The translations under genes and the position numbers were made by a program. A DNA stretch of 64,000 bases from positions 8,052 through 72,051 of the forward strand of contig JACRER010000017.1 in NCBI GenBank assembly GCA_016234365.1, written 5' to 3'. The stretch is from Elusimicrobiota bacterium. Its GTDB lineage: Bacteria > Elusimicrobiota > Elusimicrobia > Elusimicrobiales > UBA9959. How positions within the stretch are numbered: position 1 is the stretch's first letter; the number at the start of each line of letters is the position of its first letter. Shown piece by piece: positions 28,467 to 37,675 of the stretch. Under the pieces are notes generated by a model, which made no database searches, had not been told where the DNA came from, and saw only the letters and a list, made by a program, of their open reading frames with translations.

Positions 28467-29057
28467 TCAGGAAAGCTTTATGTCCAGGCAGTAGAGAAGC
28501 GCCATAGCCTCTGGCAGGGAGAACTTCGCGCCTTTGAGCTTGTTGTCCGCGGGGCGGATGGCATAGTCGTGAGCGCGCGTCAGGTCCGCGCCGGAGAGGT
28601 TGGTTCCCCCGAACTGGGCCCCGGAGAGATCAGTGCCGGTAAGGTCCGCCTTCTCCAGGTCCGTTTCCCGCAGGTCGATCCCCCTGGCCACGCAGCGCGT
28701 CAGCTTGGTGCCGCGCAGCGAAAGTCCCAGGAAGGACGAATCGTTGAGCATGCAGTTCGTAAATTCTATCGGGCAGGCCAGGCGTATCTTCGGCCAGTGA
28801 GCCTCGGTCCAATTGACCCCGACTAATTTTGAATTGGTGAAAGTAGTTCCCGAAAAGACGGAGGCGTTCAGCTTGGCCAGGCTGAGGTTGCAGCTTTCAA
28901 AAACGCAGTCCGTGAATTTGCAGAAAGAGAATTCGGCCTTGGTGAAGTCGCAGTTCTTGAAGGTGCAATTGCGGAATTCCTTGTCAGCGAATTTCTCCCC
29001 CCGCAGGAAAAGACCGGAAAAAACCTCCTCCGAATATTCCCGCCTGTCTTTGTTCAT
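28467..29057 (-). CDS. Pentapeptide-repeat protein (Qnr/MfpA-like right-handed beta-helix).
   Basis: 196 aa of A(D/N)LxX-type repeats: FRNCTFKNCDFTKAEFSFCKFTDCVFESCNLSLAKLNASVFSGTTF...ADLTGTDLSGAQFGGTNLSGADLT. Confidence 0.9.
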   Translation of the reverse strand: MNKDRREYSEEVFSGLFLRGEKFADKEFRNCTFKNCDFTKAEFSFCKFTDCVFESCNLSLAKLNASVFSGTTFTNSKLVGVNWTEAHWPKIRLACPIEFTNCMLNDSSFLGLSLRGTKLTRCVARGIDLRETDLEKADLTGTDLSGAQFGGTNLSGADLTRAHDYAIRPADNKLKGAKFSLPEAMALLYCLDIKLS

Positions 29058-29692
29058 GCCGCCCCGTGCCCTTTGCGCCGCAGCGCTCGGCGGGAGGCCG
29101 CATACGAGGTGCCGGCCACGGCCGCCAGGAGTTTTTCGAAAGCGGTCAGGGCCGTAGCCGCCGACAGGCAGGCGGCGTGGTCTTCCATGGCCAGGGTTTG
29201 GGCCCGGGCCGCGCTCAGTTCTTCCCGGAGGCCGAGTTCGCAGGCACGGAATTTCTCGCGGTAGGTCCTGACCCCTTGCAGGGAGGCCGCTCCCAGCTCC
29301 AGTTCCAGGCAGTACAGGGCCGCGGACGCTCCCCGCAGGAGCTCGGCCAGCAGGCCCGCGGCCTGGGAAGAGCGGCGCAGCGTATGGGAGGCCAGGATCA
29401 CTTCCTTGGTGTGAATGAAGATCTCCGCGGCCAGCGGCAGTAGGGAGTTCCTTGATAACCTGGTCCGGCCCTTAAGCGCGCGCTGCAGCTGCGTATAAAC
29501 GGAGGCTTCGGCGGCGGCCATGGCCCTGCGGTTGGAGCCAGAGGCGAGCAGCGCCGCTATCCGGCCGGCCTCCCGCACCGCCACTATGGTCCCGTGGCGT
29601 TCCGGGTCGGTAAGCCTGAGCGCGGCCACGCGGGCCGAGCGCAGCAGCTTGAAGGGCAGCGATTCGGTATTGCAGCAGATACGTTCCGGCAT
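29054..29692 (-). CDS. Hypothetical Ala/Leu/Arg-rich all-helical protein.
   Basis: Trimmed to ATG 29692 (MPERICCNTESLPF...), because the upstream part of the track ORF overlaps rnc in another frame. GC-rich third positions. ATGA-type 4-nt overlap with the pentapeptide gene start. I recognise no motif. Confidence 0.55.
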   Translation of the reverse strand: MPERICCNTESLPFKLLRSARVAALRLTDPERHGTIVAVREAGRIAALLASGSNRRAMAAAEASVYTQLQRALKGRTRLSRNSLLPLAAEIFIHTKEVILASHTLRRSSQAAGLLAELLRGASAALYCLELELGAASLQGVRTYREKFRACELGLREELSAARAQTLAMEDHAACLSAATALTAFEKLLAAVAGTSYAASRRALRRKGHGAA

Positions 29693-29714
29693 GGGGGGTG
29701 GTTGCGCGGCGGGG

Positions 29715-30389
29715 TTAATCGGCGGCGTGCGTGCGCAGGTAATCCAGCGCGTTCTTTGCCGCGGCCTGCTGGGCTTCTTTCTTGTTCTTGCCAGCCCCCA
29801 GGCCCAGCGTCGTTTTCCCGACGTGGACGCGCACGGTGAAGACCTTGTTGTGCTCGGGGCCGGTTTCCCCGGTAAGTTCATAATCCGGCGGGCGCTTGTG
29901 CTTCTTCTGGATCAGCTCCTGCAGGATGCTTTTGTGGTCGGCGTCCAGGCTTTCCGGCACCTGCCCTTCCAGCCACGGGATCACTATCTTCTCCACGCAG
30001 GCCGGCCCGCCGTCCAGGTAGACGGCGCCAAGTACCGCTTCTATGGCGTTGGCCAGGATGCTGTGGCGCCGGGCGCCGCCGCTGAGGTGCTCGCCGGCGC
30101 CGAGGTTGAGGTGGAGCCCCAGCCGCAGCGCCTCCGCCCAGCGGGCCAGGTTGGCCCTGGAAACTATGGCCGACCTGGTCTTTGAGAGGAACCCCTCGTC
30201 CTTCGAAGGGTGTTTAAGGAAAAGATAATAGGATACGATCAGGCCCAGCACGCTGTCGCCCAGAAATTCCAGGCGTTCGTTATGCCGGGGAGAGCCGGAC
30301 TCGGCGGCGTGCGACTTATGAGTAAGCGCCTCCGCCAGCAGCTCCCGGTCCCTGAACTCGTATCCTATTACTTCTTCAAGTGAAGACAT
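29715..30389 (-). CDS. rnc: Ribonuclease III.
   Basis: Signature NERLEFLGDSVL; C-terminal dsRBD (GPEHNKVFTV...GKNKKEAQQAAAKNAL). Confidence 0.96.
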   Translation of the reverse strand: MSSLEEVIGYEFRDRELLAEALTHKSHAAESGSPRHNERLEFLGDSVLGLIVSYYLFLKHPSKDEGFLSKTRSAIVSRANLARWAEALRLGLHLNLGAGEHLSGGARRHSILANAIEAVLGAVYLDGGPACVEKIVIPWLEGQVPESLDADHKSILQELIQKKHKRPPDYELTGETGPEHNKVFTVRVHVGKTTLGLGAGKNKKEAQQAAAKNALDYLRTHAAD

Positions 30390-30407
30390 GGTCCCTTGGC
30401 CGGGAGC

Positions 30408-30662
30408 TCAGTCTTTCTTGCCGGACTTTTCCTTGATGTATTCGATGGCCATGCCGACGGTCTTTATCTTCTCGGCGTCCTCGTCGGGGATCTCGATATC
30501 GAATTCCTCTTCGAGCGCCATGACCAGTTCGACGGTGTCGAGCGAGTCCGCGCCGAGGTCCTGAACGAACTGGGCCTGCGGGGTGACTTCGGCCGCGTCC
30601 ACGGCCAGCTGCTCGACTATGATCTTCTTCACTCTTTCTTCCAGGTTTTCGGTTACTGCCAT
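30408..30662 (-). CDS. acpP: Acyl carrier protein.
   Basis: 84 aa. [20 protein letters not shown] phosphopantetheine site. Confidence 0.96.
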   Translation of the reverse strand: MAVTENLEERVKKIIVEQLAVDAAEVTPQAQFVQDLGADSLDTVELVMALEEEFDIEIPDEDAEKIKTVGMAIEYIKEKSGKKD

Positions 30663-30698
30663 TGCGTTACCCTCCTGCTTAGTTTGAATCCGCTTAAA

Positions 30699-31445
30699 TC
30701 ACATGTAGAGCCCGCCGTTCACGGCCAGCACCTGGCCCGTGATATAGGCGGAATCTTCCCCGGCCAGGAACAGCGCCGCCCTGGCCACTTCCCCGGGCTC
30801 GCCCATGCGGCCCAGCGGTATCATCTCGGAGATCTTGGCCTTCGCCTCGTCTTTGAGGCCCTCGGTCATGCGCGTGCGGATGAACCCGGGGGCTACCGCG
30901 TTCACCAGCACCTGCCGGGGCGCGAACTCGCGCGCGAGCGACTTGGTGAGGCCTATAAGGCCGGCCTTGGAGGCTGAATAGTTCGCCTGCCCGGCCTGGC
31001 CGCTCTGGCCCACCACGGAAGAGATATTTATAATGCGGCCGGCGCGGGCCTTGAGCATCTGTTTAGCGGCCGCTTTCGCCATCAGGAAGGAGCCTTTCAG
31101 GTTCACGTCCATCACCGCGGAGAAATCCGCTTCCTTCATCCTCAGGACCAGATTGTCCTTGGTTATGCCGGCGTTGTTCACCAGGATGTCCAGTTTCCCG
31201 AAAGCCTTTTCGGTTTCCGCTACCGCGTTCTCGCAGTCGGCCTCGGCGGCCACGTTCAGCGCCAGCCCCAGGGTCCTGGCCCCGGTCCGGGCCGCGATAT
31301 CCCTGGCGGCCGCGGAGGCTTCTTCCGCGGAAAGGTCCGCTACCGCTACCGAAGCGCCTTCCGCCGCGAAAACGAGGGCGATCTCAAGCCCGATGCCGCG
31401 GGCGGCGCCGGTAATGAGCGCGGTCTTCCCGTCCAGTCGCTTCAC
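30699..31445 (-). CDS. fabG: 3-oxoacyl-[ACP] reductase.
   Basis: 248-aa SDR. TGAARGIGL, NNAG, YSASKAGLIGLTKSLA. Sits directly upstream of acpP. Confidence 0.9.
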   Translation of the reverse strand: MKRLDGKTALITGAARGIGLEIALVFAAEGASVAVADLSAEEASAAARDIAARTGARTLGLALNVAAEADCENAVAETEKAFGKLDILVNNAGITKDNLVLRMKEADFSAVMDVNLKGSFLMAKAAAKQMLKARAGRIINISSVVGQSGQAGQANYSASKAGLIGLTKSLAREFAPRQVLVNAVAPGFIRTRMTEGLKDEAKAKISEMIPLGRMGEPGEVARAALFLAGEDSAYITGQVLAVNGGLYM

Positions 31446-32470
31446 GCCTGGGCCTCCTTGGCTTCGGCTATTCGGTCCTTGACCTGCTCCATCCGTTTGC
31501 GGATGTGCTCCACCATGCCGGCCGCGGCGAGTTCGCCGCTTACGCGCAGGGCGTTGAAAATTGCGTTGGCCGTAACGCGGCCGTGGCAGACTATGACCAC
31601 GCCGTTCACGCCCAGCAGCGGCGCGCCGCCGTACACGTCCACGCTCATCTTGAGCTTCATGTCCCTGAAAAGTTTGCGCATGAGCAGCGCGCCTATCTTG
31701 TAGGTGAACTTGCGCATGATCTGCTCTTTGAGCATCTTGAAGACGACCTTGGCCGTGCCTTCGTAAAGCTTAAGCGCCACGTTGCCCGTAAAGCCGTCGG
31801 TCACCACCACGTCGGCCAGGCCTTCGGGGATGTCGCGGCCTTCCACCGGGCCGATAAAATTAACGCCCATGTTCTTTATGAGCGGGATCGTCTCCTGCAC
31901 CAGCGCGTTGCCCTTGGTTTCCTCTTCGCCGATGGAGAGCAGGCCCACGGTGGGGTTCTCCGTCGCGAAGAGCGAGCTGATATAGACGGAGCCCATCACG
32001 GCGAACTGGGCCAGGTGCCAGGGTTTGGAGTCCATGTTGGCGCCCGCGTCCAGCAGCAGGGACGTGCCCTTGTACGTGGGCAGCGGGGCCGCTATCGCCG
32101 GCCGGATCACGCCGGGGATGCGCTTGATCTTGAGCAGGCTCGCCACCATGATGGCGCCGGAGTTGCCGGCCGAGACGAAAGCGTCGGCCTTCCCCTCGTG
32201 CACCAGCCCGGCGGCCACCATCAGCGAGGAGTCCGGCTTGGAGCGGCACTCCTCCACCGGTTCGGCGGACATCTCCACCAACTGCGGGGCGTGGACGATG
32301 CTGATCCGGGCGGGAGCGTCTTCCCCGAGGCGGCGCAGTTCCTCCCGGATCTCCGGATCGCGGCCCACGAGGATGACCTCGTGGCCGAGTTTTTTGGCGG
32401 CGAGCAGGGCCCCCTCGATGTTGGGTTTGAGGCCGAAGTCACCGCCGTGGGCGTCAAGCGCTATTCGCAT
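31442..32470 (-). CDS. plsX: Phosphate acyltransferase PlsX.
   Basis: MRIALDAHGGD..., SAGNSGA, VVTDGFTGNVALK. Confidence 0.94.
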   Translation of the reverse strand: MRIALDAHGGDFGLKPNIEGALLAAKKLGHEVILVGRDPEIREELRRLGEDAPARISIVHAPQLVEMSAEPVEECRSKPDSSLMVAAGLVHEGKADAFVSAGNSGAIMVASLLKIKRIPGVIRPAIAAPLPTYKGTSLLLDAGANMDSKPWHLAQFAVMGSVYISSLFATENPTVGLLSIGEEETKGNALVQETIPLIKNMGVNFIGPVEGRDIPEGLADVVVTDGFTGNVALKLYEGTAKVVFKMLKEQIMRKFTYKIGALLMRKLFRDMKLKMSVDVYGGAPLLGVNGVVIVCHGRVTANAIFNALRVSGELAAAGMVEHIRKRMEQVKDRIAEAKEAQA

Positions 32471-32479
32471 GCGCGGCGG

Positions 32480-32692
32480 TTATTTCTGATCCTTTCCTTC
32501 TTCGCCCTTGGCGACCTTCTGGGCGACCTCGATCTTGCCGTTGTAGGAACCGCAGGACGGGCAGACGCGGTGGGGCAGGCGGAGGCCTCCGCACTGGCTG
32601 CAGGCGGAGAGCGATTTCACTTCCAGTTTCCAGTTCTGCGCCCGGCGTTTGTCGCGGCGCATCGGTGTGTGTTTACGTTTAGGGTTCGGCAT
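32480..32692 (-). CDS. rpmF: 50S ribosomal protein L32.
   Basis: MPNPKRKHTPMRRDKRRA..., Zn-ribbon CSQCG...CPSCG. Confidence 0.94.
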   Translation of the reverse strand: MPNPKRKHTPMRRDKRRAQNWKLEVKSLSACSQCGGLRLPHRVCPSCGSYNGKIEVAQKVAKGEEGKDQK

Positions 32693-32710
32693 GGTAGCAC
32701 CTCGTTAGTA

Positions 32711-33214
32711 TTACTTGGAATCCTTCCGGCCGGGCTTGTCCGGCTTTATCAGCTTCAGGTCCTTCAGGGCCCCGAACTGGCTGCCCATGTCCGGCCTGCA
32801 GCCGCAGACTTTACTGTTGCGGTTGGCGCCGCAGACCAGGCAGCGCCCCTTGCAGGCTTCGGAACATAAAACCTTCATCGGCGCGAGCAGGGCCACGGTT
32901 TCCCTTATTACTTCGCGCGTATCTATATATTCTAGCGAATCCGGGTAGACCTCGTCAAAAGAGTCTTCGAAAGCGCGGGCCAGCGGATCGGCGCAGCGCG
33001 AGCAGACCAGTTCCAGTTCCGCGTAGACCTTGCCCTCCAGCAGTATCGATTCCCCCCCGACGGAGAAATCCAGTTCCAGCCGGAGTTTCTTCAGGGTTTC
33101 CGGGCTGTCAAAAGCGTCCGCGAAAGCTGCCGGGGGCGGCGCTAATTTTACGTTAAGGCCGCCGCTCTCGCGGATGTCGGCGTAGCGGAAGACGAACTGG
33201 CTGGTTTCCGTCAT
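32711..33214 (-). CDS. yceD: DUF177 / YceD family protein.
   Basis: 167 aa upstream of rpmF-plsX. C-terminal Cys cluster CSEACKGRCLVCGANRN...CGC, typical of YceD. Confidence 0.8.
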   Translation of the reverse strand: MTETSQFVFRYADIRESGGLNVKLAPPPAAFADAFDSPETLKKLRLELDFSVGGESILLEGKVYAELELVCSRCADPLARAFEDSFDEVYPDSLEYIDTREVIRETVALLAPMKVLCSEACKGRCLVCGANRNSKVCGCRPDMGSQFGALKDLKLIKPDKPGRKDSK

Positions 33215-33261
33215 AGGATAGATAAGATATCAACTATGCGGCGGTTAGTCAACGGCGCGGC

Positions 33262-34215
33262 TCAGGCGGCCGGCCCGCCGGCCTTCTGGGCCACGGCCCA
33301 GGGCGGCCTGCGGTTGGCGCTATGGTAGGTGCGGATCAGTACTTCCGTCATCAGGCCCATGAAGGCGAACTGGACGGCCACGATGGAGAAGAAGATGGCC
33401 ACCAGGAACAGCGGCTGGTCCTTGACGAAGATATGGTTGAAGAACTTGTTGTACAGCGTCCAGGCGGCCATGGCGGCGGAGGCCGCCAGCAGCCCCAGGC
33501 TGATGCCGCCGAACAGGTAGATGGGCGTGGTGATGAAGTCGCCCATGAATTTGACCGTCAGGAGGTCCAGCACCACCTTGAGCGTGCGGCCGATGCCGTA
33601 CTTCGAAGTGCCTTTCGTGCGCGGGCGGTGGTTCACCTCCATCTCCGTCACCGAGGCCCCGGCGTAGCCGAGGATGGCAGGCAGGAAACGGTGCATCTCG
33701 CCGTAAAGATCTGCGGATTTCAGCAGCGCCGCGCGGTAGACCTTCAGCGTGCAGCCGAAGTCGTGCAATTTGACCCCGGTAGCGAAAGAGATCACGGCGT
33801 TCGCCGCCTTCGAGGGCAGTATCCTCGAGAAAAAAGCGTCGCGCCGGTTCCTGCGCCAGCCGCTTACCACGTCCGCCCCCCCGGCGGCCGCCGCGAAAAG
33901 GCGCGGGATATCTTCCGGGTCGTTCTGGCCGTCCGCGTCCAGCGTTACGATCCATTCCCCGCGGGCTTCGGCGATACCGGCGGCCAGCGCCGCCGTCTGC
34001 CCGTAATTCTTCGCGAGCCGCAGCGCGCGGTGCGGCGCCTTTTCCGCGAAGCGGGCCAGTTCAGCGAAGGAGCCGTCGGAACTGCCGTCGTCGGCCCAGA
34101 TCACTTCGAAGGGGACGCCGGTCCTGGCGAGGGCGCTCTCCAGCTCCCGGCGCAGGTCCTCCAGGTTCTCGCGTTCGTTGAAGACGGGGATCACGACGGA
34201 TATAACCGGTTTCAT
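33262..34215 (-). CDS. Family 2 glycosyltransferase (polyprenyl-phosphate glycosyltransferase-like, with C-terminal TM helices).
   Basis: VVIPVFNERENL, ADDGSSDGS, TLDADGQNDPEDI. Two C-terminal TM segments. Confidence 0.88.
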   Translation of the reverse strand: MKPVISVVIPVFNERENLEDLRRELESALARTGVPFEVIWADDGSSDGSFAELARFAEKAPHRALRLAKNYGQTAALAAGIAEARGEWIVTLDADGQNDPEDIPRLFAAAAGGADVVSGWRRNRRDAFFSRILPSKAANAVISFATGVKLHDFGCTLKVYRAALLKSADLYGEMHRFLPAILGYAGASVTEMEVNHRPRTKGTSKYGIGRTLKVVLDLLTVKFMGDFITTPIYLFGGISLGLLAASAAMAAWTLYNKFFNHIFVKDQPLFLVAIFFSIVAVQFAFMGLMTEVLIRTYHSANRRPPWAVAQKAGGPAA

Positions 34216-35357
34216 TTCGCCAGTCCTTTCCCTTCGAGGAGTTCGGTGTAGAGCGCTTCCTGCTGTCTGACCATGAAATCTATATCGAACTCCGCGAGGT
34301 CGGTGGCCGCGGCCCCGGCGGCCAGCCTGGCGCGCAGCTCGGCGTCGCCCGCCAGGCGGCCCAGCGCGGCGCAGAACCCGGGCAGGTCGCCCTGTTCCAC
34401 GGGGAGGCCGTTGACGCCGTCCTTCAGGAGGTCCGTCACGCCGTCGGTGCGGTAGCAGACCGCGGGCAGGCCGGTCTTGAGGGCTTCTACCAGGCTGCGC
34501 GGCAGGCCTTCCCAGAGCGAGGTCAGCGCAAAAATATCAGCCGCCGCCAGCAGTTCCGGCGTGTCTTCGCGCCAGCCGGTGAATTGGCAGACCTTGGCCA
34601 GGCCGCGGGCCGCGGTTTGGGCGCGCAGGGCTTCCACGTCGTCCCCCCCGCCCACGAATACGAAGCGGGCGGCTGGGTACTCCGGCGACAGGCGCGCGGC
34701 GGCCTCTATGAAATGGCGCGGGTTCTTCTGCGGTTTGGCGTTGCCGATGCTGAGCACCACCAGGTCCGCCGGGCCGAGCCCCAGGCGCGCGCGGACCGCG
34801 TTGCGGTCGGTTTTCGCCGGATAGCCGGAAAGTTTTACGCCGCTGCGTATCAGGCGGTAGCGGGCAGGGTCGCCTATGCCCGCCTCGCGGGCCGTCTCCA
34901 TATTGGACCGGGAGACGAAAACGAGGGCGTCGCTGAACCTGGCGCAGAGTTTTTCCAGCAGGATGAAGAGCGAACGCTTGAAGAAGTTCTGACGCGGATG
35001 GAAGCCGAAGCCGTGGAAGGTGTGCACCACTACGGGGATCCCGGCCGCGGCCGCGGCCAGCCGTCCCAGGATGCCGGCTTTCGAGGAGTGCGTATGCGCC
35101 ACGTCGGGGCGCAGGCGCCGCAGTATGCCGCGCAGTTCGAGCAGCGCGCCGAAGTCCCGCAGGGGGCTGATCTCGCGGCCAAGCCTCGCGGCGTGCAGCA
35201 GGCGGCTTTTATCGGTCTTTTCCTCTAGGATGCCTCCCGGTCCCGTTACCAGGACCGCGTCGAAACGGGCCTTGTCCAGCCCGGCTACCGTGTAGATGGT
35301 GTTTCCCTGCGCCCCTCCGAAATCCAGGCGCGTGATGAGGTGCGCGACTTTTATCAT
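34212..35357 (-). CDS. Family 4 (GT-B) glycosyltransferase.
   Basis: 381 aa. N-terminal FGGAQ; C-terminal SLWEGLPRSLVEALKTGLPAV (E-x7-E-type motif). Confidence 0.85.
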   Translation of the reverse strand: MIKVAHLITRLDFGGAQGNTIYTVAGLDKARFDAVLVTGPGGILEEKTDKSRLLHAARLGREISPLRDFGALLELRGILRRLRPDVAHTHSSKAGILGRLAAAAAGIPVVVHTFHGFGFHPRQNFFKRSLFILLEKLCARFSDALVFVSRSNMETAREAGIGDPARYRLIRSGVKLSGYPAKTDRNAVRARLGLGPADLVVLSIGNAKPQKNPRHFIEAAARLSPEYPAARFVFVGGGDDVEALRAQTAARGLAKVCQFTGWREDTPELLAAADIFALTSLWEGLPRSLVEALKTGLPAVCYRTDGVTDLLKDGVNGLPVEQGDLPGFCAALGRLAGDAELRARLAAGAAATDLAEFDIDFMVRQQEALYTELLEGKGLAK

Positions 35358-37399
35358 CGGCCCGGGGCCCTGCCTACCTTATATAAGGGGAAGTAGTGCA
35401 GCAGGATGTCCTTGTATTTGGCGCCGCGGGTTTTTGCCAGCCCCTGGGCTCCCAGCACGCAGAGGCCCTGCCCGGAGCCCGTGCCAATGCCCCGTACGAT
35501 GAAGAAATCGGGGTACTTCCCTTTGAAGATGGGGCGTATGCTGAAGAGGTTGGAGCGGAGCGCCCCGGAGCCGAGCGCGTCGGCTATGTCCTGAGCGCCC
35601 TGCAGGGTGGCGCTGCCCGCCGAGCCTTCCACGCGCAGCGATCTTATGCGGCCGCCTGGTTCGCGCGCCAGCGGGACTATGGAGCGGATATAGCCGACTT
35701 TGAAAGAGCGGTTCAGGCGGGATTCGATCCAGCGGGGTTTCAGCAGCAGCGTCCAATATACGTCGGAGGCGGTGGTCTTGTCTTCGGCCAGGCAGAGCAG
35801 GCCGTCGGGCGGGCCTTTGAGCGTGTACGCGTAGAAATTGAAGGGCGTCATCCTGGGCAGCGGGCGGGCCCCGTCGTTGGCGCCGGTCTGCGTAACGCCG
35901 CCGCAGGCCTTGTGCAGGTCCGCCTGCGGCAGCACGGAGCCGGCGGCCAGCAGCACCTCGCCACGGGTGTCCTTGGCGGCGGCCGCGGAGGCGGCGCTCT
36001 CGGCCTGCAGCCCGGCGAAGGGCAGGCAGTGCGAAGAATCGCAGAGATCGTATTCCCGGCTTTCGTGCGTGGTCATCCTGGCCAGGCGCGTAAGCCGCGT
36101 GCGCACCGTTACGGCCATGGCCTTAAGGTGTTCGGCCAGCCTGGAGCCGCCGGCCAGCTGGGCCGTTACCGGAGCGACCATGTTTTCCAGGGACGTCTCG
36201 TTTATCAGCCAGAAACCGGTGCCGCGGCTCAGGGCCAGCAGTTCGCCGGAAATTTCCTTGTCGCCCCGGTTCACCCCGTGCGCGTCCGGCAGCTCCGGGT
36301 TCTTTATAAGGATCACGCCCCCGGCGTTCTTGGGGACGATGCGCAGGCTGTTGTTGGTGGTATGTGCCGTGGCGCCCATGCTGTCGCGGACCTCGTAAAT
36401 GCGGTTGCGCTCGTCGTAGGAAACGGTCCACTGCATGCCGCCCTTGCCGGCCACCACCTTGCCCAGGCGCGAATCGACCAGGTCGAAATCCGAGGCGGCT
36501 ATGAAGTTGAAGCTTTTGATGAGGGACAGCGTGCCGTCTTTGCCGGCGTAGAGCCCGACCTTCACCCTGGGCGAGCCGTCCGTGGGCAGCGGGGCTTTGT
36601 GTTCCGGCCAGGCCATGCGGGCCCAGTAAAGGAGGTTGTCTATCTTGCCCTTCACGTACTTGCGCAGTTTCTGCTCCTTGTCGGAGAAGAACTCTTCTTT
36701 AGGGTCCATGTCCGAGAGCGTGTAATAGGTCTGCCAGGCCGGCACGTAGAAGTCGGAGTTCTCGTAGAGCTGGGCCAGGTCTATCTCGGCCTGGATGTTG
36801 CGCGGGTCGTAGGTGAGCGCTTCCTTTATGAAGTTGACGGCGTGCGGGCGTTTGTGGATGCGTTCCAGGTTGTAGCTGATCAGCTCCGCCGTCGGAGAGA
36901 GCAGGTACGGGTAGCGGGTATAGATGGAGCGCAGCCCGTCTATCGCGGCCGCGGGGCCGGCGAGTTCCGCCTCTGCGAGCGACTGGCCCAGCCGGGCCTG
37001 GCTGGCCAGGTCCTGGTCGGCCGTCAGCGTGGCGGCCTTCTCGAAAGAGGCGCGGGCGTCCTGGAACTTTTCCAGGCTGAGCAGGTTCCAGCCTTTCTCG
37101 AGGTGGATCAGGAAATCCTCGGGGGCCATCATCTCCCCCTTGGCCAGGTAGGCGAGCGCCTCGGCGTTCTTGCCCGCTTCGGCCAGGAGCGCCGCGAGGT
37201 CCTTCAGGGCCGCCGCGGTAAGGTCCATATCAGAGGAGCGGTAGACCACGTACTTGAGCGCGCCGGCGGCGTCCTCGGGCCGGCCGTCCATCCATTGGGC
37301 CGCCGCGTCATAGTAGAGTTTGCGCAGGTCCTCCTGCGCGCGCAGGGGCGCCGCGCAGAACAGGGCGGCAAGGCAGAGTAACGCGGTCTTGCATTTCAT
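35354..37399 (-). CDS. TPR-repeat plus SpoIID/LytB-domain protein.
   Basis: Trimmed from TTG 37417 to ATG 37399 (MKCKTALLCLAALFCAAPLRAQ signal peptide). N-terminal TPRs. C-terminal SpoIID-like CDSSHCLPFAG and GIGTGSGQGLCVLGAQGLAKTRGAKYKDILLHYFP. Confidence 0.85.
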   Translation of the reverse strand: MKCKTALLCLAALFCAAPLRAQEDLRKLYYDAAAQWMDGRPEDAAGALKYVVYRSSDMDLTAAALKDLAALLAEAGKNAEALAYLAKGEMMAPEDFLIHLEKGWNLLSLEKFQDARASFEKAATLTADQDLASQARLGQSLAEAELAGPAAAIDGLRSIYTRYPYLLSPTAELISYNLERIHKRPHAVNFIKEALTYDPRNIQAEIDLAQLYENSDFYVPAWQTYYTLSDMDPKEEFFSDKEQKLRKYVKGKIDNLLYWARMAWPEHKAPLPTDGSPRVKVGLYAGKDGTLSLIKSFNFIAASDFDLVDSRLGKVVAGKGGMQWTVSYDERNRIYEVRDSMGATAHTTNNSLRIVPKNAGGVILIKNPELPDAHGVNRGDKEISGELLALSRGTGFWLINETSLENMVAPVTAQLAGGSRLAEHLKAMAVTVRTRLTRLARMTTHESREYDLCDSSHCLPFAGLQAESAASAAAAKDTRGEVLLAAGSVLPQADLHKACGGVTQTGANDGARPLPRMTPFNFYAYTLKGPPDGLLCLAEDKTTASDVYWTLLLKPRWIESRLNRSFKVGYIRSIVPLAREPGGRIRSLRVEGSAGSATLQGAQDIADALGSGALRSNLFSIRPIFKGKYPDFFIVRGIGTGSGQGLCVLGAQGLAKTRGAKYKDILLHYFPLYKVGRAPGR

Positions 37400-37465
37400 G
37401 TTAGGACAAAATAGCAATTATCCGGGGGAAAAGGGAATAGTAAGGAATATACGTTCCCGAAAATA

Positions 37466-37494
37466 TTTTCAAAAAAATATTTTTTATGTATAAT
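37466..37494 (+). promoter_or_regulatory. Putative sigma70-type promoter for tRNA-Lys.
   Basis: TGTATAAT at 37487-37494 inside a strongly AT-rich island. A weak -35-like TTTTCA lies about 17 nt upstream. The tRNA starts 11 nt downstream of the -10 element. Confidence 0.45.
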
Positions 37495-37504
37495 AGATAC
37501 TCGC

Positions 37505-37576
37505 GGGCCATTAGCTCAACGGTAGAGCAGGCGCCTCTTAAGCGCAAGGTTACAGGTTCGAATCCCGTATGGCCCA
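37505..37576 (+). tRNA. tRNA-Lys (anticodon CTT).
   Basis: Manual cloverleaf. Acceptor GGGCCAT/ATGGCCC; D-arm GCTC-AACGGTA-GAGC; anticodon loop CTCTTAA; T-loop TTCGAAT. One A:C mismatch in the T-stem and one G:A at 27:43. CCA is not encoded. Confidence 0.88.
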
Positions 37577-37594
37577 CATAAATTTAGACGCAGC

Positions 37595-37675
37595 GGAGTA
37601 ATGAGCAATTCGGTGAGTAAATGGGCGAAGGCGCGACCTCCCCGGAAACTCAGAACTCATTACTCCTTTTTATTT
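37595..37675 (+). terminator. Hairpin plus T-tract between the two tRNA genes (terminator-like or a small RNA 3' end).
   Basis: 11-bp perfect stem GGAGTAATGAG (37595-37605) / CTCATTACTCC (37656-37666), followed by TTTTTATTT. The 50-nt interior has a further 5-bp stem (37614-18/37648-52). Confidence 0.45.

Noticed and set aside
30408-32470. Absence of fabH and fabD between plsX and fabG.
   Set aside because: Gene-order variation of the fab cluster is common, and the genes are probably elsewhere. Not informative on its own.
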